64,000 bases of DNA, from NCBI RefSeq assembly GCF_902713615.1, contig NC_052155.1, positions 172,583,828-172,647,827 of the forward strand. The letters are read 5' to 3'. The notes beneath the pieces were generated by a model that searched no databases, was not told where the DNA came from, and saw only the letters and a list, made by a program, of their open reading frames with translations. Every line of letters starts with the position of its first letter. Position 1 is the stretch's first letter. Positions 25,897-37,996 of this stretch are shown here, in pieces. Made by a program: the position numbers and the translations under genes. The DNA is from Scyliorhinus canicula. Its lineage: Eukaryota.

Positions 25897-26640
25897 ACCG
25901 CTGACAGCTTAATTTAAGAAGTCGATGAACGGCTGCAAACCCCTGCAACAAACCCCTCAAGGCAAATTTAATTTTGTCAAGTCTGAGAAACCCCACCATG
26001 CCGCTAACCTACACCCCCGACTTCGGGGGTTCCGAGTCCCTCCATCCTAGTAAGACCTGTCTTCGGGCCACCAGAGAGGCAAAGGTCAGGACGTTGGCCT
26101 CTCTCACCTCCTGGGCTCCCGTGTCTTCCGACACACCAAAGATCTCCACCTCTGGACTCAGCGCCACCCTCACTTGTAAGACCTCTGGCATGACGTCAGC
26201 AAATCCCGGCCAGAAACCCCTCAGCCTCGGACAAAACATATGTACATGGTTCGCCGGAACCCCGTACAATGTCCACACCTATCCTACACCGCCCCAAAGA
26301 ACCTGCTAATCCGGGCCACAGTAATGTATGCCCTAAACTGTATTAGGCTGAGCCTGGCGCACGACGAGGACGTATTAACTCTCCTCAGGGCCTCCAAAAG
26401 ATATCAATGATGACGTATCAGCACTTTGTGAGTTAAATTTGTGCTTTTCTGCCATAATATGCTGATTTACATCTCTCCTTGGTGGCTGACATTGAAGTCA
26501 CATCAGTACAAAGTACAGGTTGCTTTTTGCTATTCTTTTGACCTTTGACATTTCGAATTGGTATATGGGGGTATGTGACAGGATATGTGTGTGATGAGAA
26601 CAATGGTAGGATATTTTTTCCCATGCACTCGTTGACCTTG
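24260..26640 (-). mobile_element. Decayed hAT-like transposase, interrupted by an L1/Tx1 fragment
   Basis: Peptides AIDVSNKG, ADNASIN and LLKHNVTRWLPLLPTIVRL (hAT TRW motif); many stops and frameshifts. Confidence 0.6.
25637..26397 (-). mobile_element. L1/Tx1-type LINE 3' fragment
   Basis: ORF2 C-terminal peptides PANHVHMFCPRLRGFW and FASLVARRQVLLGWRDSEPP; G-rich 3' UTR, AATAAA and A tail. Confidence 0.75.
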
Positions 26641-27888
26641 AAATAAATTTCAATTATTGATAAAGGTATTGGAATAGAACATAGAACATAACTTCAAGAA
26701 ATGGCTCCACCAGTTAATTTATAAGAAACGGCATTTTATTCCAACAATAAACAACTATTTACAGAGTGCTTTAAATGGTCTTTCCGCACTCTGCTCTAGG
26801 GTTCAACTGCTGGGACAAGTCTCAGTACGTCTCAGTGAATTCCCAGCTCCCTTCCCTGATTGTACTATCTTGTCATATAACCACTCCCTCAGAGAATGTC
26901 CCTTCTAGCTACTACATTTCTTCCACCTATAAGACCCTTTATACACATGGGAACCGTTAAATTATACATGGGAATAGTTAAATTGTAATTGTATGCGGGG
27001 TGATCCTATATGATAGCAGAAACCTAGTAAACTTGTCTTTAAGGATGCAGGTGGTTGCTTTTTCCAGCCAGCCTGCCTCTTGGCCAGTCCATTAGATGAA
27101 GGATGGTACAGTGCCATTCTGATGTGTTTATTCCGTTAAAAGTCATAATCTTCTGAAATTCAAGCACCGTTCAAAGCCATTTCGTTGTCTGAAACAAGGA
27201 CATCTGCAATCCCATGGATTGCAAAACACTGGCACAGATTCTCAACTGTGGTGTAAGCAGTTGTGGATCTCTTAAACGCCTCCATCCACTTTGAATGGAC
27301 ATCCATTAGTAACAAAACATTGCGCCAATAAATGGCCTCACATAGTCAACGTGAACCCTAACTCATGGTCAGCCTGGCTATTCTCATGACAGCAGGTAAC
27401 ATTTGCTGAAATTGGCACTGATTGCAGTGGTTTACCATTCTTTCAATTGTTGCGTCGATGCCAGGTCACCACACGTAGCTTCTTGCTAGCATCTTCATTT
27501 TAGACAGGCCGGGATGGGCACAATGTAACTCTTCCAGCAATAATTCTCTTCCTGGCCTGGGGACGACCACTCCCGATCCCCAGAGGATTATCACACCCCC
27601 CCAAACCTGAACTCGTCTTTACGGATCTGGTAAGGCTTAATTTCCTTTGAAGCTCAAAATTTCAATTTCACCTGTTTTACCTTCGATAACACTGCATATC
27701 TGTTTGTCCAGTACTTGTTAAGCTGACTCTGGCAAAGTATCTAGAAAATTCATGGCTATTCTTGTCTCTGCTGCTGCTGCATCCATCTCTGGCAAAGGAA
27801 TATGACTCAGGGCATCTGCATTGGATATTTGTGTCCCGAGACTATCTTTAATGGTGTACTCGTGAGCCGACAAGAACAACACCCAACA

Positions 27889-28115
27889 TGGCAGCACGGT
27901 GGCGCAGTAGCTAGCACTGCTGCCTCACGGCACCGAGATCCCAGGTTTGATCCTGGCCCTGGGTCACTGTCCGTGTGGAGTTTGCACATTCTCCCCGTGT
28001 TTGCGTGGGTTTCGCCCCCACAACCCAAAGATGTGCAGGTTAGGTGGATTGGCCATGCTAAATTGTCCCTTAATTAGAAAAAAATATAATTGGGTACTCT
28101 AAATTCATTTTCAAA
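27889..28115 (+). mobile_element. HE1-related SINE, short form
   Basis: Head, core and A-rich tail. Confidence 0.88.
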
Positions 28116-28119
28116 AAGT

Positions 28120-28250
28120 ATTTACTTTGTATATCTATGTATGTCCTATGTTGTTTTTTCATGTATGGAATGATCTGTCTGGACTGTACGCAGAACAATA
28201 CTTTTCACTGAACCTCAGTATATGTGACAATAAACAAATCCAAATCCAAC
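28120..28250 (+). mobile_element. Rex1/Babar-like LINE 3' end
   Basis: ACTTTTCACTG...ATGTGACAATAAA followed by (CAAATC)n tail. Confidence 0.5.
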
Positions 28251-28680
28251 CATCCATAATAGTTGACCATCCCCAGAAAGGATTTGAGTTCTGAGGTATT
28301 CCTTGGGAGCTGGTACCTCTTGTTGTTTCACCTTTTCCTCTGCAGCTCCTGTATGTCGAACCCAGGTAAGCCACTTCATTAGCCTGGAAGGTGCACTTTT
28401 CTCTTTCGAGATGGATACCAGCTTCCTGGAACCTCCTTAATACTATTTCTAAATACGCCAAGTGTTTTTTTTTGTAGGTTCTGGTACTAATACGTCATCC
28501 AAGTACACAACGACACTGGAAAGCTTTGCAATAAACTCGTCATGTTTCATTGGGAATATAGCACATGCTGATGAAGCTCCAAATGGCAAGCGTGTGTACT
28601 GGTGTAACCCCTTATGGGTGTTTATGGTCACATATTCCTTCGAGGCATCGCCCAGCTCCAGCTGCTGGTAGTCATGACAC

Positions 28681-31600
28681 GTGGCTGCAGGGATGGTGTA
28701 GGAGGGATAGTTTCAGTTACGTGGATAATTGGAGCACATTCTGGGGAAGGTGGGACCTCAACAAACAGGATGGTTTGCACCTAACCCAGAGGGGCAACAA
28801 TATCCTGGGAGGAAAATTTGCTAAGGCTTTTCGGGGGAGTTTAAACTAATTTGCCAGGGGGATGGGAAAACGAGCTGTAGTCCGGAAGCCAGTGTTGAGA
28901 GTAGTGAGGTACTGAGGAGGAAATCAAGGTCGTAGGAGTGTACCGGCAGGCAGGAAGGTAAACATGGAGCGTGGATTGGTACTTGGGACTATGATGTTGT
29001 GGCCATTACGGAGACATGGTTAGAACAGGGGACAGGAATGGTTGTTGGAAGTTCCGGGGTATAGATATTTCAGTAAGAGTAGGGAAGGTGGTAAAAGAGG
29101 TGGAGGAGTAGCATTGTTAATCAAGGATAGTTTAATGGCTGCAGAAAGGCAGTTCGAGGTGGATCTGCCTACTGAGGTAATATGGGCTGAAGTTAGAAAT
29201 AGGAAAGGAGTGGTCACATTGTTAGGAGTTTTCTATAGGCCCCCAAATAGTAATAGAGATGTGGAGGAAAAAATTGCACAGCAGATTATGGATGGGTGTG
29301 GAGGTCTTAGGGTAGGTGTCATGGGTGACTTTAACTTTCCAAATATTGATTGGAACCTCTATAGGTCGAACAGTTAGGACGGGGCAGTTTTTGTACAATG
29401 TGTACAGGAGGGTTTCCTGACACAATATGTGGATAGGCCAACAAGAGGTGGGGCCACATTGGATTTGAAACTGGTTATGAACCGGGTCAAGTGTTAGATT
29501 TGTTTGTGGGAGAGCGCTTTGGTGATAGTGACCACAATTCGGTGTCTTTCACTATTGCAATGTACAAGGATAGGGCCATACGGCAGGGCAAGGTTTGTAA
29601 TTGGGGGAGGGGTAATTATGATGCGATTAGGCAAGAATTAGTCAGCATAAGATGGGAACAGAAACTGTCAGGGAAAGGTACAAATTAAAAGTGGAGCTTG
29701 TTCAAGGAATAAATACTGCATGCCCTTGATAGATATTTCCCTGTCAGGCAGGGTGGAAATGCCCGTGTGAGGGAGCCATGGTTCACAAGAGGTTGAATGT
29801 CTTGTCAAGAGGAAAAAGGAAGTGTATGGAAGGATGAGAAAAAGAGGTTCAGTTGGGTTGCTTGAGGGTAACAAGGTAGCAAGCAATGAGCTAAGAAAAA
29901 GGGCTTAGGAGAGCTAGGAGGGGGCATGAGAAGTCCTTGGCGGGTCGGATCAAGGAAAACTCCAAGGTTTTTTACTCTAATGTGAGAAATAAAAGAATGA
30001 CCAGGGTGAGGTTAGGGCCGGTCAAGGACAGTAGTGGGAACTTGTGCATGGAGTCAGAAGAGATAGGAGAGGCGTTGAATGAATACTTTTCTTCAGTGTT
30101 CACCGAGGAGAGGGGCTATGTTTTTGAGGATGAGTGTGAGATGTAGGCTGGAGGAGGTAGATGTTCTGAGGGAAGATGTATTAGCAATTTTGAAAATCCT
30201 GAGGGTCGACAAGTCCCCTGGGCCAGATGGGATATATCCTAGGATTCTTTGGGAGGCAAGGGATGCGATTGCAGAGCTTTTGGCTTTGATCTTTGGATCC
30301 TCGCTGTCCACAGGGATAGTGCCAGAGGACTGGAGAATGGCAAATGTTGTTCCTCTGTTCAAGAAAGGGAATAGGAATGACCCTAGTAATTATAGGCCGG
30401 TTAGTCTTACTTCGGTGGTCAGTAAGTTAATGGAAAGGGTCCTGAGGGATAGGATTAATGACCATTTGGAAAGATGCAGCTTAATCCGGGACAGTCAACA
30501 TGGATTCGTGAAGGCTAAGTCTTGCCTCACAAATTTGATTGAATTCTTTGAGATAACTTTGAGGTGTGTCGATGAAGGTAGAGCAGTTGATGTTGTATAC
30601 ATGGATTTCAGTAAGGCGTTTGATAAGGTTCCCCATGGTCGGCTCATGAAAAAAGTAAGGAGGTGTGGGATAGAGGGAAATTTGGCCAATTGCATAAGTA
30701 ACTAGCTATCACATAGAAGACAGAGGGTGGTGGTGGATGGAAGATTTTCAGACTGGAGACCAGTTACCAGCGGTGTACCACAGGGATCAGTGCTGGGTCC
30801 TCTGCTATTTGTGATTTTTATAAATGACTTGGAGGAGGGGGCTGAAGGGTGAGTCAGTAAATTTGCTGATGACACCAAGATTGTTGGAGTAGTGGATGAG
30901 GTGGAGGGCTGTTGTAGGCTGCAAAGAAATATTGATAGGATGCAGAGCTGGGCCGAAAAATGGCAGATGGAGTTTAACCCTGATAAGTGCGAGGTGATTT
31001 ATTTTGGTAGGCCAAATCTGAATGCGGATTACAGGGTCAACGGCAGGGTTCTGAGGAATGTGGAGGAACAGAGAGATCTTGGGGTTCATGTCCACAGATC
31101 TTTGAAGGTTGGCACTCAAGTCGATAGGGCCGTGAAGAAGGCCTATAGTGTGTTAGCGTTTATTTACAGGGGGCTTGAGTTTAAAAGCCGTGTGGTTATG
31201 CTGCAACTGTACAGGACCCTGGTGAAACCACATTTGGAGTATTATGTGCAGTTCTGGTCATCTCATTATAGGAAGGATCTGGAATAATTGGAAAGGGTGC
31301 AAAGGAGATTTACCGGGATGCTGCCTGGATTGGAGGGTAGGTCTTGTGTGGAAAGGTTGAGGGAGCTAGGGCTTTCCTCTTTGGAGCGAAGGAGGATGTG
31401 AGGCAACTTAATAGAGGTTTATAAGATGATGAGGGGGCTAGATAGAGTGGACGCTCAGAGACTATTTCCTTAGGTGGAAGCAGCTGTTACAAGGGGGCAT
31501 AACTATAAGGTTCGGGGTGGGAGATATAGGAGGGATGTCCGAGGTAGGTTCTTTACTCAGAGAGTGGTTAGGGTGTGGAATGGACTGACTGCTGTGATAG

Positions 31601-31761
31601 TGGAGTTGGATGCTTTAGGAACTTTCAAGCGGTTATTGGATAGGCACATGGAGCACACCAGAATGACGGGGAGTGGGATAGCTTGATCTTGGTTTCAGAC
31701 AAAGCTCCGCACAACATCAAGGGCCGAAGGGCCTGTTCTGTGCTGTACTGTTCTATGTTCT
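28681..31761 (+). mobile_element. CR1/HER1 LINE, relatively young: end of ORF1 plus ORF2 endonuclease and reverse transcriptase, with stops and frameshifts
   Basis: Motifs DGLHL, GGGVALL, YRPP, MGDFNFPNIDW, KSPGPDGI, NYRPVSLTS, YMDFSKAFDKVPH, FADD; (TTCTATG)n tail; 7-bp TSD ATGACAC at 28674-28680 and 31762-31768. Confidence 0.95.
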
Positions 31762-32315
31762 ATGACACATGTCTAACTTAGTGAATATTTGACCTCCAAC
31801 CAGTTTCTCATATAGATCTTTAATTTTGGGCATCTACTTGTCCAGCTTTGTGACCTGGTTCACTGTCAGCTTGAAATCCACGCAGGTGTGAATGGTTTTA
31901 TCTGTTTTCACAACTGGAAAAATGGGTGCTGCCCACTCTGCAAATTGTACCGATTGAATGACGCCTAGATCTTCCAGCTTTTTAAACTCTGTTTCAGTCT
32001 TCTCTAATAATGTATAGGGCAAAGGTCTAGCCCTGAAAAATCTTTTTCCGAGTTCACATGCATTCTCACCTTGACTCCTTTTATATTCCCCTGTTCTTCC
32101 AGAATCTTGGTACTTGCGTGGGTCCCCTTGGATTTCCTAGAGCCTATCACGCCCCATTAAGCTTAGTCTCTGACCAGCCAACACGGCTAAAGCTGGCAGA
32201 TTGCTGTCGATAGCTCACTCGGGTCATCCTTGTGCCCATTATTTTTATGGCCTCCCCATATATCTCGTCAGGCTGGTCCCAGTGTTCTTCAACCTCGAGG
32301 TGAATCCCTTCATTT

Positions 32316-32538
32316 AAAATTTTTTTTAGAGTACCCAATTAATTTTTTCCATTTAAGAGACTATTTAGCACAGCCAATCCACCCAGCCTGCACATCTTTG
32401 GGTTGTGGGGGCGAAACCCACGCAAACACGGGGAGAATGTGCAAACTCCACACGGACAGTGACCCAGAGCCGGGGTCGAACCTAGGACCTCGTCGCCGTG
32501 AGGCGGCAGTGCTAACCACTGCGCCACCGTGCTGCCCC
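32316..32538 (-). mobile_element. HE1-related SINE, short form
   Basis: Head, core and tail. Confidence 0.88.
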
Positions 32539-34417
32539 CGCCATGTGGAGCTGGCAAACCATGATAAGGCAGCTCCTAGCCTAGCAGAGAGAGATAGTTG
32601 GAGGCAAGGCCACTATACCTTTCAGATCCATTTTATAAGAGGCTAGATTTTGATCACTGCAACTTGCAATTAATCTTTCGGCCAGACATTAATGTGCACT
32701 GCAGAATACATAAAGCAGAAAAGCATAATGTAAGTTATATACTAATATAAAGATTGGAAATTTCAACCATAACATGCATAAACTATGAAATACAACCTGG
32801 AAAGTCCTTATGGCTAGAAGATTGCATGCAGTAAGCTGGGCAGCACAGACCATTAGATTGTAAAGGCTCCTCAAGTTCTTGATCCTGTCTAAACCATGAG
32901 AGCTGCATAAGGGCTAATGCACAGTAAGACTATGAGCACATTACATCCCAACACAATCTGCAGGAACGGGATTATTTTTAGCAGTTGATGTTTGTTTGCT
33001 TGCATTGCAAACCAATCAATGGTGTCACTAATAATGTGGTGCATGTGAAGATTATTCAGAACCCTGTTTTATGTGGATGGCAGGATTAGCTTTCCATTCA
33101 TAGAGGTGAGGAACTAGGACAGGTGTGTTTGAAATCCAGAGACGTTTGAAGAAGTGGAGACAATGTGAGTGCTGGGGCACATTGCAAGCTGAGAGCTGGT
33201 TAGCTACATGGTGGACTTGTCAATGTTTTTTTAAAATCTCCTGAAGATTTTTAATTTAGAATATTGAAATTATAAATTAAAAATGGTCATGAGATTTGAA
33301 AATATGGAGTAAGGATTGGCACCAACTGCAGCTATCCTGCATTACATTGTTGACACTGCAATTGGGTGTGGTTTTGGGGGCTGGGAGGGAGGAGTGCGGT
33401 CGTGGAGAAATTAAGGTTATGGGTTGGCGTCAGAGCTTTCGGGATATGGGAATTGTTGGTGCTGAGAATTTTTAGGATCTGAGAAGTCACCTCTACTGTC
33501 TGCAGAAACTGCTTTTGACAACTATTGTTGTTACTCATTTCATCTAATATAAAATATAGGGTCAACCTCTCAAAATATAATCCTATGAATGCATTCAGCA
33601 TTTTGTGCATTTATATCCTCAATAGTAATTTGTAATTTATGGTGTTTGTACAATTCTGCTTCCATGTTTTTCTTATTTATACTGGTATACTGAAGAATCA
33701 TTGCAAAAAAATGACCAGTTTAAAAAAGAGATACTGACATCTCCTGACATTTCAGGTTTGAATATTGGTGCGAGTGTTCCATAACAAATTTGCATTTCTG
33801 AAAAATGAAACATAAAGCATTCATGTGATAACTATATTTGTTGCATAGCAACTTGCAGATGCTGAACCAACAATAAGGGATTCAAATACGGATGGTGAAT
33901 TTATTTTTAATTTTGTGACGCAATGGCAGCACTAACATTCTGAAGTTGAGCAGTATATGCAAAATATATGCCTATTTACCGTCATTCAGAATTTAGGAAT
34001 TAGCTTGCATGGTTTTTGTAAACAGATGCATTTCATGGTTTCAATTTTTAACACAATTAAATATTACTCTTATACACAGGCAGGGACTAACCTGGTTGTT
34101 ATTTTATCCCTTTCCTTTGAAGCTTCCTTGCAGCATGGGCCTTTCATGGCTTTTAGATGGCCTAGAGAGCAGATGGAGGTTTGCTCTGATATCTTCACTT
34201 AAAAATTGTCTGGTAAAAGAAAAAACTTGAATTATATAGTGCCTTTCATGTCTCATGGCTTTACAGCCAATATGTTTGAAGTGTAATCATTGGTGTAACC
34301 TAGGGAAACAGGCAGCCAAGCTCAGCAGATGATGCTGAATTCTGTTTTGGCTAGCCAAACTCTACAAGGCCACTGCTCAGGTTGTTCCTATGGAGAATTG
34401 TCTAAATTGATACATTC

Positions 34418-34676
34418 CTGGTTCGGTGGTAGCACTGTAGCCTCTAAATCAGATGGTTGTGGTTTCAAGTCGCTTTCCAGAATTAAGTACACAGGCAAAG
34501 TTTGAAGTACATAATCCAAGGACTTCAAGGGAGTACTGATGGAATACTACAGTCGGAAATGCTGTCTTTCAACCAGAGCATTAATCTGAGACCTGTCTGT
34601 CCTTTGAGGTGGATGTAAAAGATTCCATGGCATTATTCAGAGAAGAATAGGTCAGAACTTGTGCCAATATTTATCC
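34418..34676 (+). mobile_element. Ancient Deu-domain SINE (SacSINE1-like)
   Basis: tRNA-like head GGTAGCAC...GGTTGTGGTTTCAAGTC; GCTGTCTTTC...AGGTGGATGTAAAAGATTCCATGGCA...GCCAATATTTATCC resembles the Deu domain (recognised from memory). Confidence 0.65.
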
Positions 34677-35913
34677 ATAGAATCATAGAAATGTTACAGC
34701 ACAGAAGGCAGCATTTTGCCCCATCATGTCTGTTGCTGGCTCTCCTCAGGAGAAATTCAAGTACTGCCACTCCCTAATTCTCTCTCCACACCCCTGCACA
34801 TTCCTACTTTTTTTTAGAAAATGTGGAAATATTTACTACCCTTTCAGGCAACCAATGAAGAAAGATTATGTGGTCATTTCTGGACCAGGTGCTGGGTGTT
34901 TACACTGCTGTGCTGGGGTTGGGTAGTTTGGGACACTGTAGTGAAGGGAGGGAATAGAGGTGGTGATAATTCTTTGGGGTGAAGTTAGTGGAAGGTGAGG
35001 ATATGGGAGGTGAGCTGTGACAGAGGAATAGTTGCGGGCCTGTACTACGTATAAGCAGGAAATGGAAGGAGAGAGACTTTAAGACCTTGTAGGGAACCTG
35101 GCAAAGATGAGCGGTTGTTGGGGCTGCAGGGAAGACTGGTTAGGCTGTGGATGGAGAGCAAAGAGAATGGAGAATTTAGTGTTGAAGGTTAGAGATAGGC
35201 TGAATTATATGGGAGTAGTCAATTTAAAATGAAATGAACTGAACCTTTGTAATGAATGGAGGATAGGTCAACTTCACCCCAAAGATCTCGGGCTGGCATG
35301 CAGTGAACAAAGTCAAGATTTCAGAATAGAATAAAGAAGGCGAAAGTAGCAAGTCGATAAAAAATAATCTTATATAAATAAACTTAAATAACTTTTTTAA
35401 AGAAGAGATACATTGGCCTGGGAAATTGTAAGACTTATTGCAACAGTTTAGGCAAACTGTATAAGAGAAAATGTGCCCAAAGGAAAAGTAAAGTTGTCTG
35501 AAAGACATAAAATTGAATTAAGGTTAAGGGTGTTGTTCAGAAGTGGAAGTGGTGTGTATGGTTTGGATTTGGGCATAGAGAGCACAATATATAATTAAGT
35601 TAGCTGTGAACGTAAAATTAGGGGGTATGGCAAGAGATGGACTGTAAAAATAACTTCAGGAAGACATGGATAGATCGGAGGCAACAGCAATTTAATGCTT
35701 AATACATTCTGGCGGATAAACAAGGAACATACACCTAATAGACACTGAACGCTATGAATGAACAGACAGACCTATGTTTATAAACATTAATTAATAGAAA
35801 TTGCAGATGGATAAAGTCATAAAGAGACCAATGCCAATTTATGGCTTTATAAATACAGGCATAGAATACAAAAGGAAAGAGATAAGAACACGTGTACAAA
35901 GAAATGGTTAGGC

Positions 35914-36345
35914 CAGGGGTGGGCAAACTTTTCCGTGCAAGGGCCACATTCAGAAATTTACAATTTTAAAGGGCCGCATAGTATATTGATTAATAGTCCC
36001 GGTTGTAACCAATTAGCGTGCAGCATATACCTCAGCGCTTCCCCCGGCGGCATCCTGCCTTTAGCCCTCTTTTTCTCTACTTTTCAAAAATGGCGCTTTA
36101 CCCGGTCATGATTCTGGGCGCCTCATATAGAACATAGAACAGTACAGCACAGAACAGGCCCTTCAACCCTCGATGTTGTGCCGAGCAATGATCACCCTAC
36201 TCAAGTCAACGTATCCACCTTATTAACCTTATAAAAAAAAATTTAAAAATATATTTTTTTTTTCTAATGACTTGATCTTGGTGGGCCACATAAAGACCTT
36301 TGGCGGGCCGCATGCGGCCCGCGGGCCGTAGTTTGCCCACCCCTG
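35914..36345. mobile_element. Non-autonomous hAT (Charlie-like) MITE
   Basis: Terminal inverted repeats CAGGGGTGGGCAAACT / AGTTTGCCCACCCCTG; perfect 8-bp TSD GGTTAGGC. Confidence 0.92.
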
Positions 36346-36535
36346 GGTTAGGCCATAGAGTATTGGTACAGTTTGGGTTATTCCATTACAGAAGGACATG
36401 AAAGCTATTCACCGAGATGAAACTGTGGTTATAAGGAGACTTCATATATTGGGATAATTTTCACAGGAACAGAGGAGATTTAATCAAGGCAGTTACAATT
36501 GTAAAGGGCTGTGATAGAATGAATAAGGAAATATT

Positions 36536-37233
36536 GGGGGCGATTCTCCGATATTGAGGCCAAGTGTTCACGCCGTCGTGACCTCCATCGCGTTTCACGA
36601 CGGCGCGAACAGGGCCCGTGCACGACAGCACGGCCCTGCAGCGGTTCACGCTGCTCCAGCCTCCTTACGCGGCGGCAAATGGGCGTCGCGCCAATCCGCA
36701 CATGCGCAGTTGGGCCAGCTCAATCCTGCGCATGCGCAGTTGGGCTGTGCCATGCTGCGCATGCGCAGGGAACTTCTTACGCGCGCCGGCCCCGACTCAA
36801 CATGGGGTCGGTGTTCAGGGGCCGGCCGTGGTGGAAAGTAGGCCGGGGAGGGGGGGAGAGAGTAGGCCCGGGGGGGGGGGGGGGGGGGGGGAGAAGAGGA
36901 GGCTGGCCCGCCGATCGCTGCGCCTCGATCGCGGGCCAGACCCCTTCGGAGCACCCCCCCCCCCCTCCCACAGGCCGCCCACCCGAGCGTTCCCGCAGAG
37001 TTCCCACCGGCAACAATCAGGGGTGAACGGCGCCGGTGGGACTCTGTCGCATCGGGACGGCAGCTTGGCCCATCTGGGCCGGAGAATCAGCGGCCCCGCC
37101 GATTCCAGCGGCCCGCAGCTAGCGCCGTGCCAAACGCGCTGGCGCAAATGGTGTTGCTTCTCCACACCTCGGGGCGTCGTGGCGCGGTTGCGGCGATTCT
37201 CCGGCCTGGCGCGGGCCTCGGAGAATCGCCCCC
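36536..37233. mobile_element. GC-rich non-autonomous PIF/Harbinger-type element
   Basis: Terminal inverted repeats GGGGGCGATTCTCCG / CGGAGAATCGCCCCC; 3-bp TSD ATT. Confidence 0.85.
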
Positions 37234-37990
37234 ATTATTTTCTTTAATTAGAGAGTAATTTATGAGAGGTTATCACTTTACAATTATTTCTGAGAGTGAG
37301 GATGTAGGAGGATTTCTGTATGGAGAGAATTATTGGAACATGGAATTCTTTGACACATGGTGGAGTTGAGGCAGACAATAATTCTTTTAAGGACAAAGTG
37401 GGTAAATATTTAAAGCGGAGGAAAATATGGTTGCCATCAGGGCAGGAAAGTGACATGGCAAAGATCTGGTACATTTGACAAGACATGCTTAATCAAATGG
37501 TCATCTATTCAGTAAATAACTATGTTTTTAATTGACTGGAAGCTGGGATGTGGAATTGGGTGCATAGTGCACTACAGTGAAAAACCTTTCAAAGAAATTC
37601 GCAAGACTTCACTGGTATTAATGAGCCAATTTTTTTTATTAGTTCTTTGGAAACTAAATAGTATTTCCTCTATTATACTGTAATAGATAATAACAAACTG
37701 CTGCTTAATTAAATATTTCTGAAGAAAAGCTCATTTTAACTTCTTAGTATAAACAAAACACAGGTATTTTAATTGCCACTTGTGAATCTATCTCAAGAAA
37801 AAAAGCACAAATGTTATCATGTTCTTTGGGAAGCTATTATTCAGAAAGGTTTTTAAAAATTAATCTTCTGGCCTGTTTTCGGGTCATTTGAAAAAACAAG
37901 CAAACATATATGCTGTTCGAAGGACACTTGCATTGAGGAAAGCTAACTAATCTTTTTGTAAAAAATTATTATATTCAACTTTTTGTTTTA

Positions 37991-37996
37991 AATAAA
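37991..37996 (+). terminator. Candidate polyadenylation signal
   Basis: AATAAA with U-rich upstream sequence and CA/U-rich downstream sequence, ending an AT-rich non-repeat segment. Confidence 0.35.

Larger units (their letters stand above)
26700..32660 (-). mobile_element. Second decayed Ty3/Gypsy element, split by a CR1
   Basis: Reverse transcriptase motifs YTRLPFGASSACAIF, VVVYLDDVLV and VQFAEWAAPI; FTKLDMCHDYQQL is restored when the CR1 is removed; outer limits approximate. Confidence 0.8.
35220..37500 (+). mobile_element. Highly decayed CR1 hosting two MITEs
   Basis: Degenerate CR1 reverse transcriptase C-terminus (GGCATAGAATACAAAAG…GGTTAGGC..GAGTATTG.TACAGTTTGG) and 3' end. Confidence 0.55.

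Noticed and set aside
28681-31761. Active LINE or domesticated reverse transcriptase
   Set aside because: 5'-truncated, with multiple stops and frameshifts
36618-37247. 209-aa GC-rich ORF and apparent CpG island
   Set aside because: Lies within an element bounded by terminal inverted repeats and a TSD; long ORFs are expected from low stop frequency
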